In this document: positions 20,963 to 31,180 of the stretch, piece after piece
Layout of the letters: the number at the start of each line of letters is the position of its first letter
How positions within the stretch are numbered: position 1 is the first letter of the stretch
From: Elusimicrobiales bacterium
Lineage (GTDB): Bacteria; Elusimicrobiota; Elusimicrobia; Elusimicrobiales; UBA9959
DNA length: 64,000 bases
Direction of reading: 5' to 3'
Assembly (NCBI GenBank): GCA_049972095.1
Contig: JBMFKQ010000003.1
Span: forward strand, 1 to 64,000
The notes under the pieces: generated by a model
The model's input: only the letters and a program-made list of their open reading frames with translations
What the model was told of the DNA's origin: nothing
Database searches by the model: none
Program-made: the position numbers and the translations under genes

Positions 20963-22182
20963 GACTTGAAGAAAGGATAGAACATATTGCGGGGAAACAT
21001 AATATAGAATTTCTTGAGGATGGGAAGGTTATTATAAATATGGGACCATCACATCCTGCGGTTCATGGAATTGTAAGAATAATTCTTAAGATTGATGGTG
21101 AAAGGGTAGTTGATAGTGATGTTGAGATAGGATATCTACATAGAGGCTTTGAAAAAACTTGTGAGGTAATGAACTATAATCAGATAATTCCATATACCGA
21201 TAGACTTAACTATGTATCACCATTTATAAATGAGGTTGGTTTTGTAATGGCTGTTGAAAGAATGATGGGTGTTGAAGTCCCGGAGAGAGCAAAATACATA
21301 AGAGTTATAATGAGCGAGATATCAAGGATAACAGATCACCTGACCTGTATAGCGGCAAACGCTATGGAGCTTGGAGCATTTACACCATATTTTTATCTCA
21401 TAAACTCAAGAGAGTTTTTGTATCAGGCAGGAGATATGGTAAGTGGGGGAAGAGTGACACCAAATTATTTCAGGGTTGGTGGGGTTAGTTTTGATATAAA
21501 CTCAAGTTTCATTGAATTTACAAAAAATGCACTTAGTGAAATTGAGAAAAATCTCTTAGATACAAGAAAACTTCTTGAAAGAAACAGAATATTCTATGAC
21601 AGATTAAGAGGAACTGGTAAGATATCAAAAGAAAAGGCAATATCATATGGCTTTACGGGTCCAATGTTGAGAGCATGTGGGGTTGATTATGATGTAAGAA
21701 AATATTATCCATATCTTGTCTATGATAGGTTTGACTTTGAAATACCTGTGTGTGATGGGTGTGATAATTATGCAAGATATTTGGTTAGAATGGAGGAGAT
21801 ATATCAGAGTATGTCAATAATAAGACAGGCATTTGAGCAAATACCTGATGGTCCTGTAAATGTGGATGATTATTCAGTTAGAATTCCACCAAAGCAAGAG
21901 GTTTATGATTCTATTGAAGGGCTTATATCTCACTTTAAACTAACATTTGAAGGACCAAAAACACCAAAAGGCGAGATATACTTTGCTGTTGAGGGTGCAA
22001 ATGGGGAACTTGGGTATTACATAGTAAGCGATGGAAGCCACAAACCCTGGAGGGTAAGGGTAAGACCACCATGTTTTCCGATAACATCTGCTTTATCACA
22101 GCTTATAAAGGGTGGTTATATCGCAGATATAATAGCAACCTTCGGGCAGATAAATATGATAGGTGGAGAGCTTGAAAGATGA
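20959..22182 (+). CDS. nuoD: NADH-quinone oxidoreductase subunit D
   Basis: NMGPSHPAVHG, GYLHRGFEK, DRLNY; no NiFe CxxC motifs; GTG start. Confidence 0.96.
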   Translation: MRLEERIEHIAGKHNIEFLEDGKVIINMGPSHPAVHGIVRIILKIDGERVVDSDVEIGYLHRGFEKTCEVMNYNQIIPYTDRLNYVSPFINEVGFVMAVERMMGVEVPERAKYIRVIMSEISRITDHLTCIAANAMELGAFTPYFYLINSREFLYQAGDMVSGGRVTPNYFRVGGVSFDINSSFIEFTKNALSEIEKNLLDTRKLLERNRIFYDRLRGTGKISKEKAISYGFTGPMLRACGVDYDVRKYYPYLVYDRFDFEIPVCDGCDNYARYLVRMEEIYQSMSIIRQAFEQIPDGPVNVDDYSVRIPPKQEVYDSIEGLISHFKLTFEGPKTPKGEIYFAVEGANGELGYYIVSDGSHKPWRVRVRPPCFPITSALSQLIKGGYIADIIATFGQINMIGGELER

Positions 22183-22655
22183 ATAATCTTATAGAAAAGA
22201 TAGAAAGCATTATAAAAAAGTATCCAACAAAGGAATCAGCTATTCTTGAGATTTTGCATATAATTCAGAAAGAGAAAAACTATATAACAGAGGATGATAT
22301 AAACTGGCTATCAGAGATGTTTGGTATTAACTATTCAAGAATTAAAGCGGTTGCCACATTTTATACGATGTATAATCTAAAAAAAACAGGAAAGTATCAT
22401 ATCCAGATATGCAGAAACATATCCTGTCACATAAGTGGTTATAGAAAGATTAAAGAGTATATTGAAAAAAAACTAAACATAAAAGAAGGTGAGGTAAGTT
22501 TAGATGGTATGTGGAGCCTTGTTTGTGTTGAGTGTCTTGGCTCATGTGGAACAGCCCCTGTTATGATGATAAACCAGACATATTATGAAAAACTAACAGA
22601 AGAAAAGATAGATAATATAATAGAAGAGATTCTAAGAAAGAACAAAGGCATATGA
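22179..22655 (+). CDS. nuoE: NADH-quinone oxidoreductase subunit E
   Basis: VATFYTMY, CRNISC, ECLGSCGTAP. Confidence 0.95.
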   Translation: MNNLIEKIESIIKKYPTKESAILEILHIIQKEKNYITEDDINWLSEMFGINYSRIKAVATFYTMYNLKKTGKYHIQICRNISCHISGYRKIKEYIEKKLNIKEGEVSLDGMWSLVCVECLGSCGTAPVMMINQTYYEKLTEEKIDNIIEEILRKNKGI

Positions 22656-23899
22656 AGATAATACTTGAAAAAGAAGCCTTTGATATAAATACCTATATAA
22701 CAAATGGGGGGTATAATGCATTAAAAAAGGCATTTACTAAAAAACCCCAGGATATAATAGAAGAGATAAAAAAATCAGGGTTAAGAGGAAGAGGTGGGGC
22801 GGGTTTTCCAACAGGACTTAAATGGTCATTCATACCCAAAGCAGAGATGAATAAGTATGTTATATGCAATGCTGATGAAGGCGAACCAGGAACATTTAAG
22901 GACAGAGAAATAATACACAGAAATCCGCATTCTATAATAGAAGGAATGATAATTGCAGGATATGCAATAGGAGCAAATAAGGGCTATATATACATAAGAG
23001 GAGAGTTTGCAAGAGAAGCAAGAATACTTGAAAAAACTATTTATGAGGCAGTGCATTTTGGATTCCTTGGTAAAAACATACTTAACAGTGGTTTTGACTT
23101 TACAATAGATATAGTTAGAGGAGCTGGAGCTTATATATGCGGAGAAGAAACAGCGCTTCTTGAGTCAATTGAAGGAAAGCAGGGCAAACCAAGAATAAAA
23201 CCACCATTCCCAGCAGCTAAAGGACTTTTTGGATGTCCCACTCTTATAAACAATGTTGAGACCCTTGCCGCTGTGCCATACATAATATTAATGGGTGGAG
23301 ATAAATACTCAAAGATAGGAACTGAAAAAAGCTCTGGTACAAAACTTTTTTCAGTAAGTGGCCCTGTTAAAAAACCTGGAGTTTATGAGATTGAACTTGG
23401 AATGCCATTTAAAAAGTTTTTTTGGGAATTTCTTGGGGGTATGAAAGAAGCAGAGGAGTTGAAAGCTGTAATTGTTGGTGGATCATCAGTGCCGGTTATA
23501 ACTGCTGAAGAGGCAATGAATGTAAATCTTGACTATGAGTCATTGTCTTCTGCCGGCACAATGTTAGGTTCAGGTGGAATGATAATAATACCAAAAAGCC
23601 AGTGTATGGTGGATCTGCTATATGTTCTTGTGAGATTTTATCATCATGAGTCATGCGGTCAGTGCACACCGTGTAGAGAAGGAAGTGGTTGGATAGAGAA
23701 AATAATTAAAAGAATAAGATATTTCAACTCTGATTTTAAAGATATAGACCTTGCCCTTGATGTTGCAAACAGCATTGTTGGAAGGACAATATGTCCTCTT
23801 GCTGACGCACTTGCTATGCCGCTTATAAGTTTTATAACAAAATTCAAAGATGAATTTGAAAACCATGTAAAGGGAAGTTGTAAAATATGCCAGAGATAA
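22652..23899 (+). CDS. nuoF: NADH-quinone oxidoreductase subunit F
   Basis: GLRGRGGAGFPTG, NADEGEPGTFKD, YICGEETAL, ESCGQCTPCREG. Confidence 0.96.
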   Translation: MKIILEKEAFDINTYITNGGYNALKKAFTKKPQDIIEEIKKSGLRGRGGAGFPTGLKWSFIPKAEMNKYVICNADEGEPGTFKDREIIHRNPHSIIEGMIIAGYAIGANKGYIYIRGEFAREARILEKTIYEAVHFGFLGKNILNSGFDFTIDIVRGAGAYICGEETALLESIEGKQGKPRIKPPFPAAKGLFGCPTLINNVETLAAVPYIILMGGDKYSKIGTEKSSGTKLFSVSGPVKKPGVYEIELGMPFKKFFWEFLGGMKEAEELKAVIVGGSSVPVITAEEAMNVNLDYESLSSAGTMLGSGGMIIIPKSQCMVDLLYVLVRFYHHESCGQCTPCREGSGWIEKIIKRIRYFNSDFKDIDLALDVANSIVGRTICPLADALAMPLISFITKFKDEFENHVKGSCKICQR

Positions 23900-25356
23900 C
23901 CATAAACGGTAAAAAATATGTTGCAAAGGAAGGGGAGACCATACTTCAGGTTGCTGATAGAAATTCTATATACATACCAAGATTCTGTTATCATCCAGCC
24001 CTTTCAATTGCAGGAAACTGCAGGATGTGTCTTGTTGAGATAGAAAAAAACCCAAAATTACAAATTGCATGTGCAACACCTGTTGTAGATGGAATGGTGG
24101 TGTGGACAGAAAGTGAGAAGGTTAAGAAAGCAAGGAAGGATGTATTGGAGTTTTTGCTTTTAAATCATCCTCTTGACTGTCCTATATGTGATCAGGTTGG
24201 AGAATGCTACCTTCAGGATTATTACATGGAATATGGACTTAAAAAGAGCAGAATAAGATATGAGGATAAAAATACAAAAATGAAAAGAAGAGACATAGGT
24301 AAATATATTATTCTTGATAATGAAAGATGCATACTTTGTACAAGATGTATTAGATTTTTAGAAGAGATTACAAAGACTAAAGAGCTTTTCATAAACTCAC
24401 GAGGTGATCATTCTTTTATAGATATAAAGCCAGGACTATCAATTGATAATAATTACTCTCTAAATCTTGCAGATATATGTCCTGTTGGAGCAATAACATC
24501 AAAGGATTTTAGATTTAAAAAAAGAGTTTATATGTTAAGCACTAAAAAATCAGTCTGCCTTGAATGTGCAACGGGATGCAGGATATTAGTTCAGTATGAT
24601 GAAAATGAAAATAAGATTTATAGAGTACTTCCAGATCCAAATATACACACAAACATATGGATCTGTGATATAGGAAGGCTTTCTTATAAGAAACTTTATG
24701 ATGAAAAAAGAATAACAATCTCAAAGATTGATGGCAAAGAGGTTGAATTGAAAGAGGCTTTTACAAGATATGCTAAGTTTTTCTCAAGGATGATTGAAGA
24801 AAGAAAAAAGGTTTGTGTTATTCTATCAAACTATCTTTCACTTGAAGACAATATTGCACTTATAAAACTTGCTAAAAAACTCTTTGAGACTGATATGGTA
24901 TTTTTTACAAAAGGCAATGAAAAAAGGATAGATGATGGCATCCTTCTAAATACTGATAAATCTCCAAACTCCACAGGGATTGAGATGATAAAAGGATATT
25001 TTAATATAAAAGAATATAATTTTGAAAATGCTGATTTTTTTATAGGATATGAAAAAGAGATATTTCTGTTCAATCACCATATTGATCCATCAAGAGCAAT
25101 TCTTTTTTCATTCTATAACCACTCAAACTATCCAAATCAAATAGCAATAAAGTCATACCTTGAGGCGGAGGGAAGTTTTGTAAACTGGCAAGGTTATGCT
25201 TTTAAAACTCCAAAAATTGTTGTTGCACCAAAAAATAGTGTAGGTATTTATGAGTTTATTAAAAAGATTATGGAGCTTAATGGTTTTTATATTGAGGATA
25301 TAAAAGAACTCCAAAAATTTATATATGAAAAATTTAAATTTAAAACGGAATTATGA
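23887..25356 (+). CDS. nuoG: NADH-quinone oxidoreductase subunit G (short form)
   Basis: RFCYHP, GNCRMC, HPLDCPICDQVGEC, CILCTRC..CPVG, CLECATGC..C; only 489 aa. Confidence 0.9.
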   Translation: MPEITINGKKYVAKEGETILQVADRNSIYIPRFCYHPALSIAGNCRMCLVEIEKNPKLQIACATPVVDGMVVWTESEKVKKARKDVLEFLLLNHPLDCPICDQVGECYLQDYYMEYGLKKSRIRYEDKNTKMKRRDIGKYIILDNERCILCTRCIRFLEEITKTKELFINSRGDHSFIDIKPGLSIDNNYSLNLADICPVGAITSKDFRFKKRVYMLSTKKSVCLECATGCRILVQYDENENKIYRVLPDPNIHTNIWICDIGRLSYKKLYDEKRITISKIDGKEVELKEAFTRYAKFFSRMIEERKKVCVILSNYLSLEDNIALIKLAKKLFETDMVFFTKGNEKRIDDGILLNTDKSPNSTGIEMIKGYFNIKEYNFENADFFIGYEKEIFLFNHHIDPSRAILFSFYNHSNYPNQIAIKSYLEAEGSFVNWQGYAFKTPKIVVAPKNSVGIYEFIKKIMELNGFYIEDIKELQKFIYEKFKFKTEL

Positions 25357-26507
25357 TAGGCATAGAATCTCTTATTAAAGAACTTGTGATAAGGTATTTT
25401 GAAATAGTAAAGCCTGTGTTTTTATCATATTTATATCAGTTGCTTGAGTTTGCAGGAAAGATGGTGTTTTTATACGGTGGAGTTTTTTCTCTTGCAGGAC
25501 TTTTAACACTTCTTGAAAGAAAGATAAGCGCTCTTATACAGGATAGAGTTGGTCCCGAGAGGGCAAACATATGGAGATTTACTCTATGGGGGCTTTTTCA
25601 CCCACTTGCGGATGGTATAAAGATGATAATGAAAGAAGATTTTGTACCTAAAAAGGCAAATAAAATTCTATTTACACTTGCACCAATAATAACTGTATTT
25701 TCTGTTTTGATAGTTTTTGTCTTTATACCTTTTGGAAACTATATTGAAATTGCTGGTCAAAAAATAAAGCTTGTGATAATTGATACTGACATATCTGTTT
25801 TTCTTGTAATTGCACTATCATCCCTTGCAATATATGGGATATTTACGGCAGGTTTTTTCTCTTCAAATACATGGGGTATGATAGGCTCTCTAAGAGCAGT
25901 ATCTCAGATGATTTCATACGAGATAATAACACTTCTATCAATACTGCCTGTTATTGTAATCTATGGTTCTTCCTCATTTTTTGAAATAATGCAAAAGCAG
26001 GCTGATATGATAGGTGGTATAATTCCTAAATGGGGTATATTCCTTCAACCACTCTCCTTCCTGCTTTTTATAACAGCCTCTTTATGTGAGAATAAAAGAA
26101 CTCCCTTTGATGTTGTTGAATGTGAAAGCGAGATTATAGGGTATTTCATAGAATATAGCTCAATGAGATTTGGAGCTTTTATGTTTGCAGAATATATAGA
26201 AATAGTTTTTTTTTCAATGCTTATAACTATCTTTTTTCTTGGCGGTTGGCACCTTCCTTTCCTCTATGAATATGGCTTTAAAGTAGGCTTGTGCTTATTA
26301 CCTCTTGATAGAAAATGGGTTTATATCATTGAGGCATTAACATTTGCTTTTAAAACTTTTTTAATCTCAAACTTCATAATATTTATAAGATGGACACTTC
26401 CTCGCTTTAGATTTGATCAAATAATGAGATTGGCGTGGAAGAATATAATGCCCCTTGCTCTTTTAAATTTATTAGCTACTGTCATTGTTTTAAGGTTATT
26501 AAAATGA
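25353..26507 (+). CDS. nuoH: NADH-quinone oxidoreductase subunit H
   Basis: LERKISA..QDRVGP, ADGIK, QMISYE, RTPFD, EYSS, LPRFRFDQ. Confidence 0.96.
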   Translation: MIGIESLIKELVIRYFEIVKPVFLSYLYQLLEFAGKMVFLYGGVFSLAGLLTLLERKISALIQDRVGPERANIWRFTLWGLFHPLADGIKMIMKEDFVPKKANKILFTLAPIITVFSVLIVFVFIPFGNYIEIAGQKIKLVIIDTDISVFLVIALSSLAIYGIFTAGFFSSNTWGMIGSLRAVSQMISYEIITLLSILPVIVIYGSSSFFEIMQKQADMIGGIIPKWGIFLQPLSFLLFITASLCENKRTPFDVVECESEIIGYFIEYSSMRFGAFMFAEYIEIVFFSMLITIFFLGGWHLPFLYEYGFKVGLCLLPLDRKWVYIIEALTFAFKTFLISNFIIFIRWTLPRFRFDQIMRLAWKNIMPLALLNLLATVIVLRLLK

Positions 26508-27085
26508 TAAAAGTAAAAAATATAAAAATAAGAGAGTTAAACTTTTTAGAAAAAGTATATATCATTGAGATATTCAAAGGCTTTGAGGTAACACTTAGAC
26601 ATTTTTTGAAAAATCTATTTCGGCATCTGACCCGTTCAAAGATATTGACAATAAGGTATCCTGAAGAAAAAGTTAGTGTTGTTGGAAATGCAAGATATAA
26701 ATCAAAACACAGGATAAAACTCAGGTATGATGGAAGTCCCAAGTGTGTTGCATGTATGATGTGCGCTACTATATGTCCTGCAAGATGTATAGAAATAGAG
26801 GCAGATGAAACAGATCTTGAGGTTGAAAAATATCCTAAAAAATTTAATATAGACCTCTCAAGATGTGTTATGTGTGGTTTATGTGTTGAGGCATGCCCGG
26901 AGGATGCAATCTCAATGGATAGTGGCGAGTTTGAAGGGGGAAGATATCATAGATTTGCCCCTGCATCAAGAGGAGGACTTTTTTATACAAAAAATGAACT
27001 TTTTAAAAACCTTGACAACGATCATGTATCTGAAAAGGGGGCTTCTAATAATCTGATATTTAGGAGAGCAAAAAACAATGAGTGA
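26504..27085 (+). CDS. nuoI: NADH-quinone oxidoreductase subunit I
   Basis: Two 4Fe-4S motifs, CVACMMCATICP and CVMCGLCVEACP; ATGA overlap with nuoH places the start at 26504. Confidence 0.93.
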   Translation: MIKVKNIKIRELNFLEKVYIIEIFKGFEVTLRHFLKNLFRHLTRSKILTIRYPEEKVSVVGNARYKSKHRIKLRYDGSPKCVACMMCATICPARCIEIEADETDLEVEKYPKKFNIDLSRCVMCGLCVEACPEDAISMDSGEFEGGRYHRFAPASRGGLFYTKNELFKNLDNDHVSEKGASNNLIFRRAKNNE

Positions 27086-27560
27086 ATTTCTTATAAATAT
27101 AATCCTTTTAATCATAACCTTGATATACATTTTGATCTGCTTTACTAAAAATATATCATCCTTTATCTTTCTTGTTTTTTTAATCTTCATATTAACATCT
27201 GCAACATTGTTTATTATGGGGCTTAAATTTGTATCAGTGCTTTATCTCATAATATATGCAGGTGCAGTAATTATACTTTTTATAATATCAACAAAATCTA
27301 TTGAGATATCACAAAATATAAAAACCTCTTTTAAAAATATTCCTCTTCTTGTATCTTCTATTGTATTTATAACAGTTTTAGCAATGATGATTTTAAAGAC
27401 TAAAACTTTCCAAGATACTGTTTTGAGTTATTATCGGTTTTCAATTGTTGATATAATGTTTAATAAAAATTTTATAGCAGTTGAAATTCTTTCTCTTATA
27501 CTTATAGCAGCTATAGCAGGTATAATTAGTTTTCTCAAGGAGAAAAAAGATGAGATATGA
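27078..27560 (+). CDS. nuoJ: NADH-quinone oxidoreductase subunit J
   Basis: IIYAGAVIILF, VEILSLIL; position in operon. Confidence 0.88.
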   Translation: MSEFLINIILLIITLIYILICFTKNISSFIFLVFLIFILTSATLFIMGLKFVSVLYLIIYAGAVIILFIISTKSIEISQNIKTSFKNIPLLVSSIVFITVLAMMILKTKTFQDTVLSYYRFSIVDIMFNKNFIAVEILSLILIAAIAGIISFLKEKKDEI

Positions 27561-27858
27561 TATGGTGTTTGTGATGTGTTTTATTATGTTTGCCTCTGCT
27601 CTTATAAATTTTTCAAGGTCATCCAATCTATTTATTATGATAGTTTCAATTGAGCTAATGCTTAACTCTCTCAATATTATACTTGCAAGACTTGCGGTGA
27701 TATCTAAGGCAGAGGATATTATTTTCTGGATAATTACAATAATAACCATTGCTGCAGCGGAGGTTAGCGTTGGTCTTGCCATACTAATAGTTTCATCAAA
27801 AAAACTAAAGAAAACAGATGTAGGCTTGATCACATCAATAAGGGAGATCTTTAAATGA
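27550..27858 (+). CDS. nuoK: NADH-quinone oxidoreductase subunit K
   Basis: SIELMLN, AAAEVSVGLA. Confidence 0.92.
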   Translation: MRYDMVFVMCFIMFASALINFSRSSNLFIMIVSIELMLNSLNIILARLAVISKAEDIIFWIITIITIAAAEVSVGLAILIVSSKKLKKTDVGLITSIREIFK

Positions 27859-29720
27859 GTCAGAATTTTGAACTTTTAAGATTCATAATTCTTTCCCCTC
27901 TTACAGGATTTTTATTTATATTTCTCTTTTCAAGATTTATAAGCAATAGAATAACATCCTATATAGCCTGTTTAGCTGTTTTTCTCTCATTTGTTTTTTC
28001 TGTTATATCTGTAGAAAATATGATATCAAACAATTCTCCTTTAACCGATATGATTTTCTGGTGGATAAATCAGGATTTTATAAAAATTCCATTTAGATTG
28101 TATCTTGATAATCTGTCATCAGTTATGGTTCTTGTTGTAAGTGGGGTGAGTTTTTTAATACACATCTATTCAATTTCATATATGCATGGAGATAAGGATT
28201 TTAAACGCTTTTTTTCATATTTTAACCTATTTGTTTTTTTTATGCTTCTTCTTGTACTGGCTGATAATCTAATAATAACATTCTTTGGCTGGGAAGGGGT
28301 TGGGCTTTCATCTTATCTTCTTATAGGATTCTGGTATGAAAATATTGAAAACTCAAAGGCTGCAAAAAAGGCTTTTATAGTAAACAGAATTGGCGATGTT
28401 TTTTTTATAATGGCAATAATGATAATCTATTTTCTTCTTTCATCTGCAAGTATAACTGAAATATCATATCAGATCATAAAGGAAAACCTTTCTTACTTTC
28501 TTAACTCAACCATCTTCTCTGTTTCTGCTTCGTTTTTAATAACACTATTTATTTTTATATCAGCATGTGGCAAATCAGCTCAATTTCCACTCTATATCTG
28601 GCTTCCTGACGCTATGGCAGGACCTACGCCGGTCTCTGCCCTTATACACGCTGCCACAATGGTAACAGCTGGAGTCTATCTTATCTCAAGAATGTTTTTT
28701 ATATTTAGTCTAACATCAACAATGGAAATAATACTCTACATCTCAGCCTTTACATCACTTCTTTCAGCTGTCATTGCAATTGGGCAAAGAGACATCAAAA
28801 AAATACTTGCATACTCTACAATAAGCCAGCTTGGATATATGTTTATGGGAGTTGCATGTGGAAATTATGCATCTGGTATGTTTCATCTAACAACACATGC
28901 ATTTTTTAAAGCCCTTCTTTTCTTATCAGCAGGTGCAGTTATACACTCGCTTTCAGGCATACAGGATATATTTCAGATGGGAGGATTGAAAGAAAAAATA
29001 AAATCTGTTTTTTATGTAATGCTCATTGGATTTCTTGCTATAAGCGGTTTTCCTTATCTAAGTGGATATTTTAGCAAGGATATGATAATAGAAAGTATAT
29101 ATCTATCAGGATACAAAACTATATGGCTAATCTCATTAATTACTGCTCTTTTGACCTCACTTTATATGACAAGAATGTTTGTGATTGTTTTTATAAGAAA
29201 GCCTTTTGATAAAAATCTTCATCCACATCATCCTGACATAATTATGATGTTTCCCCTCTATATTCTTGCATTTCTATCATTAGTATCCGGGTTTTTTATG
29301 AAAGTTTTTTTAAATTTCCTTGGTCATGAAATTGAGACTCATCATATACCCCTATATGTAAAATATTTACCTGCAATAATTAGCCTTTTAGGAATTTATC
29401 TTGGCTATATAATTTTTATATCAGAATCTAAAGCTAAAAAACTTGGTTTTTTATCAACCCTTGTGTATAATAAGTTTTATGTAGATGAGATATATGATGT
29501 GTTGATTGTAAAACCAATTTATTCTATTGCATCAAATCTCTTTCAGGTGGTTGAGAGAAGCATAATAGACAAATTTTTTATTGAAGGTAGTGCAAAATCA
29601 TTTATGGATCTATCTTTTATCAGCTCAAGGATGGAAAACTCAAATCTGGTATATTATATTTCATATATAATAATTGCAGTTTCAATATTTATAATTATCC
29701 TGATTAAAGGAGTTGGATAA
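27855..29720 (+). CDS. nuoL: NADH-quinone oxidoreductase subunit L
   Basis: GWEGVG, NRIGD, GKSAQFP, WLPDAMAGPTPVSALIHAATMV, HAFFKALLF. Confidence 0.96.
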   Translation: MSQNFELLRFIILSPLTGFLFIFLFSRFISNRITSYIACLAVFLSFVFSVISVENMISNNSPLTDMIFWWINQDFIKIPFRLYLDNLSSVMVLVVSGVSFLIHIYSISYMHGDKDFKRFFSYFNLFVFFMLLLVLADNLIITFFGWEGVGLSSYLLIGFWYENIENSKAAKKAFIVNRIGDVFFIMAIMIIYFLLSSASITEISYQIIKENLSYFLNSTIFSVSASFLITLFIFISACGKSAQFPLYIWLPDAMAGPTPVSALIHAATMVTAGVYLISRMFFIFSLTSTMEIILYISAFTSLLSAVIAIGQRDIKKILAYSTISQLGYMFMGVACGNYASGMFHLTTHAFFKALLFLSAGAVIHSLSGIQDIFQMGGLKEKIKSVFYVMLIGFLAISGFPYLSGYFSKDMIIESIYLSGYKTIWLISLITALLTSLYMTRMFVIVFIRKPFDKNLHPHHPDIIMMFPLYILAFLSLVSGFFMKVFLNFLGHEIETHHIPLYVKYLPAIISLLGIYLGYIIFISESKAKKLGFLSTLVYNKFYVDEIYDVLIVKPIYSIASNLFQVVERSIIDKFFIEGSAKSFMDLSFISSRMENSNLVYYISYIIIAVSIFIIILIKGVG

Positions 29721-31180
29721 TGTATTGTTTAAGCACTATGATTTTTCTACCTCTTTTCACATCACTTTTAATACTTTCTACTAAAAAAGAAAGTACTATA
29801 AAATATCTATCCTTTATATCCTCCATCACTATGCTTATTATTTCAATATTTATGCTTCCAAAAGCAATGACTGTAAACATGAGTTTTGAAGAGAAATATG
29901 AATGGATAAAATCTCTGAATATAAACTATCATCTTGGTGTTGATAATCTGAGTATGCTTATGATCCTTCTTGTGAATTTTCTGATGCCAATTGCAATACT
30001 TTCATCATTCTCATATATAAAACACACTATAAAAAAATACTATTTCTGGATGATGATTTTACATTCTGCAATGATTGGTGTTTTTTCATCCCTTGATGCT
30101 GTTCTTTTTTATATATTCTGGGAGGCGATACTCATACCAATGTATTTTCTAATAGGTATATGGGGAGGGGAAAATAGAACATATGCCTCAGTAAAATTCT
30201 TTATATATACAATGTCCGCAAGTGTGCTTTTTATAGTAGGTATAATAATACTTAGTTTAAATCTAAAAGGGCAGGGTAATCCATCGTTTTATATTATGGA
30301 CCTTTATAAAAACACTCTCTCTGGAAACTTAAGGCTTTTTGTTTTTATTTCGTTTTTTTTAGCATTTTCGGTTAAAATCCCTCTCTTACCATTTCATACA
30401 TGGCTTCCTGACGCACATGTTGAAGCACCTACCGCAGCAAGCGTTATACTTGCAGGTGTGCTTCTTAAAATGGGTGCATATGGATATATAAGATTTCTTA
30501 TACCCTGTTTTCCAGATCTCTCTCTTAAATATTCAACAATAGTTGCATTTCTTGGTGCAATAGCTACTATCTATGCAGGTTTTATGGCATGGATGCAAAC
30601 AGATATTAAAAAACTTATAGCCTACTCCTCAATAAGCCATATGGGGCTTGTTGTTCTTGGAATTTTTTCATTTAATCAAGTGGCTCTTTCTGGTTCAATC
30701 CTTCAAATGATAAACCATGGAATTTCAAGTGCAGCTCTTTTCCTTGCCGTTGGAATAATGTATGAGAGGATGCACACAAGATTTATATTGGATTATGGAG
30801 GAATATTTAAGATTATTCCATTCTTCTCAACATTTTTTATGATAATAATACTCTCCTCAATAGGACTTCCAACGACAAATGGATTTGTTGGTGAGTTTCT
30901 TACAATTATAGGTGCTTTTAAATCACATAGATTTCTTGCACTATTATCTCTAACAGGTATGATAATCGGTGCAGTGTATATGTTATCAGCATATGAGAAG
31001 ATATTTTTTGGTAGCATTCAAAGGCAAAATCTTCTCAAAATGAATGACCTAAATATAAGGGAATGGATATATACAATCCCGCTGGTTCTTGCAGTTTTTT
31101 TTATAGGAATCTATCCAGATATCATTCTTTCAAAGATAAATGAGTTTGCAACAAATATGCTTAATGGAGTTTTAAAATGA
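29720..31180 (+). CDS. nuoM: NADH-quinone oxidoreductase subunit M
   Basis: FYIFWE, PFHTWLPDAHVEAPT, LLKMG, AYSSISHMG, GFVGE. Confidence 0.96.
   Translation: MYCLSTMIFLPLFTSLLILSTKKESTIKYLSFISSITMLIISIFMLPKAMTVNMSFEEKYEWIKSLNINYHLGVDNLSMLMILLVNFLMPIAILSSFSYIKHTIKKYYFWMMILHSAMIGVFSSLDAVLFYIFWEAILIPMYFLIGIWGGENRTYASVKFFIYTMSASVLFIVGIIILSLNLKGQGNPSFYIMDLYKNTLSGNLRLFVFISFFLAFSVKIPLLPFHTWLPDAHVEAPTAASVILAGVLLKMGAYGYIRFLIPCFPDLSLKYSTIVAFLGAIATIYAGFMAWMQTDIKKLIAYSSISHMGLVVLGIFSFNQVALSGSILQMINHGISSAALFLAVGIMYERMHTRFILDYGGIFKIIPFFSTFFMIIILSSIGLPTTNGFVGEFLTIIGAFKSHRFLALLSLTGMIIGAVYMLSAYEKIFFGSIQRQNLLKMNDLNIREWIYTIPLVLAVFFIGIYPDIILSKINEFATNMLNGVLK

Noticed and set aside
19987..22182. Group 4 [NiFe] hydrogenase instead of complex I
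   Set aside because: The large subunit lacks the Ni-binding CxxC motifs, and nuoEFG are present
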